Program-made: the position numbers and the translations under genes
Part shown: positions 60,701 through 64,000 of the stretch, piece after piece
Numbering within the stretch: the stretch's first letter is position 1
How the letters are laid out: each line of letters opens with the position of its first letter
Notes under the pieces: model-generated
What the model was told of the DNA's origin: nothing
Databases searched by the model: none
What the model saw: only the letters and a program-made list of their open reading frames with translations
Origin: Eukaryota sp. GEM-RC1
Taxonomy: Eukaryota
Reading direction: 5' to 3'
Length of the DNA: 64,000 nt
NCBI GenBank assembly: GCA_040285855.1
Contig: JAUFOQ010000018.1
Coordinates: 186,001 to 250,000, forward strand

Positions 60701-63700
60701 TGACAGTAGCAGTACTCCGCATTCCGAGAGTCATGATGTTGTTGTAACAGCGTCTCCTCTCCCATTCTTCCTCGTAGAAATAGTTTTAATAAAGAAAGCA
60801 TTCCCGATGTTGTTCCAGTTCCTCAAAAGAGGTCAACTGAAGTGGTTGAAGAGATTCGCAAGTTACAGGAATCTTTCGCCAAACAGCAGTCTAGAAGACT
60901 CGAAGCAGAACAGAAGCTTTTATTTGAAAAGGAACTTCTAGCTCGTAAGATGAGTCTCTCTCCAGAAGATCGAGGCAACAAAGTCGTCTTGTGTGGGATG
61001 TGATTGCTATCTTTGGAATACCGTTTTGTATCCATAGTGATAATGGTACGGAGTTTGCCAATGCTATTTTCGAGGCAATATGTAACCTACTGGCGATTGA
61101 AGTAAGTCGTTCGATTCCTCATTTCTCCCAGAGTAATGGACTGGTGGAACGACGTCACAGAGACGTTCTGCAAAGCCTACGTCGTCTTCTTGTGGACTTC
61201 AATGATTATGACAATTGGTCAACGTACATTCCAACTGTACAGTTGCAGATCAACGCAACAAAGAGTTCAATAACTGGACATACTCCTTACGAACTGATGT
61301 TTGGTTGTGACATAAGTCCTGGTGCAGATCCTAGTAGTTTACTAGATGCTGTTGAGAAATCAACAAAGAATGTTCCGTTTATTGACGACATTAAAACGAA
61401 ACTAGAACGTTTAACGAAACAAAGAGAAGAGGCAGAGGATCGTCAATCAGTACTCAAGCCTAAGAAGAAGTCTAACACTAGTCAATCATTTAAGATTGGA
61501 GATCTTGTGTTAAAGGTCGTCAAAACTAGTAAGCTCCATGGAAACTACACTGGACCTTTTCTAGTTGTCTCAGTTGATTCAAAATCTTTGTTTCATTAAA
61601 AATCTGATCACTATATATGTTAGTAAGACTAGCATTCATCAATGTAAGATCTTTCAATCAGATCTACCTGCTGATCATGATCTCCACAGAGCAATTGCTT
61701 CTGGGAATTCTGAAGAACACATCGTGGTTAAGATGCTAGATAGGTTTGATACACCCGATGGTGAACTCTGCACTGTACTTTGGTTTGGTGGTGATACTAC
61801 ATCAGTTCCCATCAAGGACATCAAGAACACCAAAGCGTATAGTGACTTTGTAAAATTAGACAATTTAGATTTATTTCGTAACAATAGAAACAGGTCTAGT
61901 AATAACAATACTAAGCATAAACCCACCTCCAGAAGTAAGAGTACTCCAAAGACGTCTTCCAAAGTTAAGGCACCTGTAGCAAAGAGAACTAGGAGCTCGA
62001 AAGGAGAGAAGAAGTAATGTTAGCCACAGGTGTTAGTGAAGTGTTACAAGATCATATGATTTTATTTATAAACATCTTTTCCCTACCCTTTGTAGCCAAA
62101 CGGTATCAATAAATATAGTCCAAGATGGTGAAGAAAAGGACTACTAACCCCCAAAAGCGGGAAACAAAACTAATCGAAGAAACAAACCTTTGACAAGATC
62201 TAAGTCTAGCTCCAAAATGTCTTCCCGTCGAAAGGAGCCATTGGTTCCTGAGACAGAAGAGTCAGTTGACTCGTCGGACTTTGAAAGTGACCCATCTGAG
62301 GATGGATGCCTATCTGAGGATAGAAGCCCCACTTCCCACAAGTAGGTGACGGAAATCTCACCTGAGGTTGGTGAATCTACTTCTCGTAGAGTTGTAGATG
62401 TTCAACCTGAAGGTGGATGCCCATCTGAGGATGGAAGGACTTCGTCTTCCCGCAAGGATGGCGAAGTGGGTTTGGATACTCATTTCTGTAATTTCAGACC
62501 GTATCCCAAGCTTGTTAGAGAAGTATAGAGTAAGCGATGCTGACAGTAGCAGTACTCCGCATTCTGAGAGTCATGATGTTGTTGTAACAGCGTCTCCTCT
62601 CCCCATTCTTCCTCGTAGAAATAGTTTTAATAAAGAAAGCATTCCCGATGTTGTTCCAGTTCCTCAAAAGAGGTCAACTGAAGTGGTTGAAGAGATTCGC
62701 AAGTTACAGGAATCTTTCGCCAAACAGCAGTCTAGAAAACTCGAAGCAGAACAGAAGCTTTTATTTGAAAAGGAACTTCTAGCTCGTAAGATGAGTCTCT
62801 CTCCAGAAGATCGAGGCAACAAAGTCGTCTTGTGTGGGATGTGATTGCTATCTTTGGAATACCGTTTTGTATCCATAGTGATAATGGTACGGAGTTTGCC
62901 AATGCTATTTTCGAGGCAATATGTAACCTACTGGCGATTGAAGTAAGTCGTTCGATTCCTCATTTCTCCCAGAGTAATGGACTGGTGGAACGACGTCACA
63001 GAGACGTTCTGCAAAGCCTACGTCGTCTTCTTGTGGACTTCAATGATTATGACAATTGGTCAACGTACATTCCAACTGTACAGTTGCAGATCAACGCAAC
63101 AAAGAGTTCAATAACTGGACATACTCCTTACGAACTGATGTTTGGTTGTGACATAAGTCCTGGTGCAGATCCTAGTAGTTTACTAGATGCTGTTGAGAAA
63201 TCAACAAAGAATGTTCCGTTTATTGACGACATTAAAACGAAACTAGAACGTTTAACGAAACAAAGAGAAGAGGCAGAGGATCGTCAATCAGTACTCAAGC
63301 CTAAGAAGAAGTCTAACACTAGTCAATCATTTAAGATTGGAGATCTTGTGTTAAAGGTCGTCAAAACTAGTAAGCTCCATGGAAACTACACTGGACCTTT
63401 TCTAGTTGTCTCAGTTGATTCAAAATCTTTGTTTCATTAAAAATCTGATCACTATATATGTTAGTAAGACTAGCATTCATCAATGTAAGATCTTTCAATC
63501 AGATCTACCTGCTGATCATGATCTCCACAGAGCAATTGCTTCTGGGAATTCTGAAGAACACATCGTGGTTAAGATGCTAGATAGGTTTGATACACCCGAT
63601 GGTGAACTCTGCACTGTACTTTGGTTTGGTGGTGATACTACATCAGTTCCCATCAAGGACATCAAGAACACCAAAGCGTATAGTGACTTTGTAAAATTAG

Positions 63701-64000
63701 ACAATTTAGATTTATTTCGTAACAATAGAAACAGGTCTAGTAATAACAATACTAAGCATAAACCCACCTCCAGAAGTAAGAGTACTCCAAAGACGTCTTC
63801 CAAAGTTAAGACACCTGTAGCAAAGAGAACTAGGAGCTCGAAAGGAGAGAAGAAGTAATGTTAGCCACAGGTGTTAGTGAAGTGTTACAAGATCATATGA
63901 TTTTATTTATAAACATCTTTTCCCTACCCTTTGTAGCCAAACGGTATCAATAAATATAGTCCAAGATGGTGAAGAAAGGACTACTAACCCCCCAAAAGCG

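Larger units (their letters stand above)
37842..64000 (+). repeat. Head-to-tail tandem array of a ~1.86-kb internally deleted Ty3/Gypsy-like LTR retroelement; 14 full units plus a partial 15th, running off the window
   Basis: Unit starts at 37842, 39692, 41554, 43416, 45277, 47140, 49001, 50864, 52725, 54585, 56444, 58304, 60162, 62018 and 63859. The same ORF set recurs in every unit. Confidence 0.97.

Noticed and set aside
37842..64000. CRISPR array, rDNA array or integron-like cassette array
   Set aside because: The units are ~1.86 kb and near-identical, with no unique spacers, no rRNA motifs and no variable cassettes. The content is retroelement-derived.

Overview
AT-rich, gene-compact eukaryotic (protist-like) DNA using the standard code, with tiny 30-31 nt spliceosomal introns. 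Many single-base homopolymer frameshifts look like long-read consensus errors. The window has three zones. (1) 1-23.6 kb is gene-dense: two LRR proteins, a PfkB kinase, coiled-coil proteins, two paralogous membrane-anchored zinc-knuckle proteins, a PWWP-like protein, RRP9, an endosomal syntaxin, an ATG27/M6PR-like receptor and a ~1,900-aa Hook-like coiled-coil protein. hAT-type non-autonomous elements and 3' remnants of RLE-type non-LTR retrotransposons sit between the genes. (2) 23.6-37.8 kb is a degenerate zone. It holds a ~3.3-kb segmental duplication, a Crinkler-like NTPase/endonuclease pseudogene with an inverted fragment, an NBD-only Hsp70, a hAT MITE, a complete pogo/Tigger-like DNA transposon and more RLE remnants. 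(3) 37,842 to the end of the window is a head-to-tail array of 14 complete copies plus the start of a 15th, each ~1.86 kb. The unit is an internally deleted Ty3/Gypsy-like retroelement: a gag-like start fused to the second half of an integrase with a GPF motif and a chromo-like tail. Units are separated by a single shared, very short LTR-like sequence (57-80 bp) preceded by a polypurine tract. Variant patterns show a period-3 higher-order structure and mosaic units, consistent with a retroelement turning into a satellite. All protein identifications come from motif recognition by eye; no database search was run.
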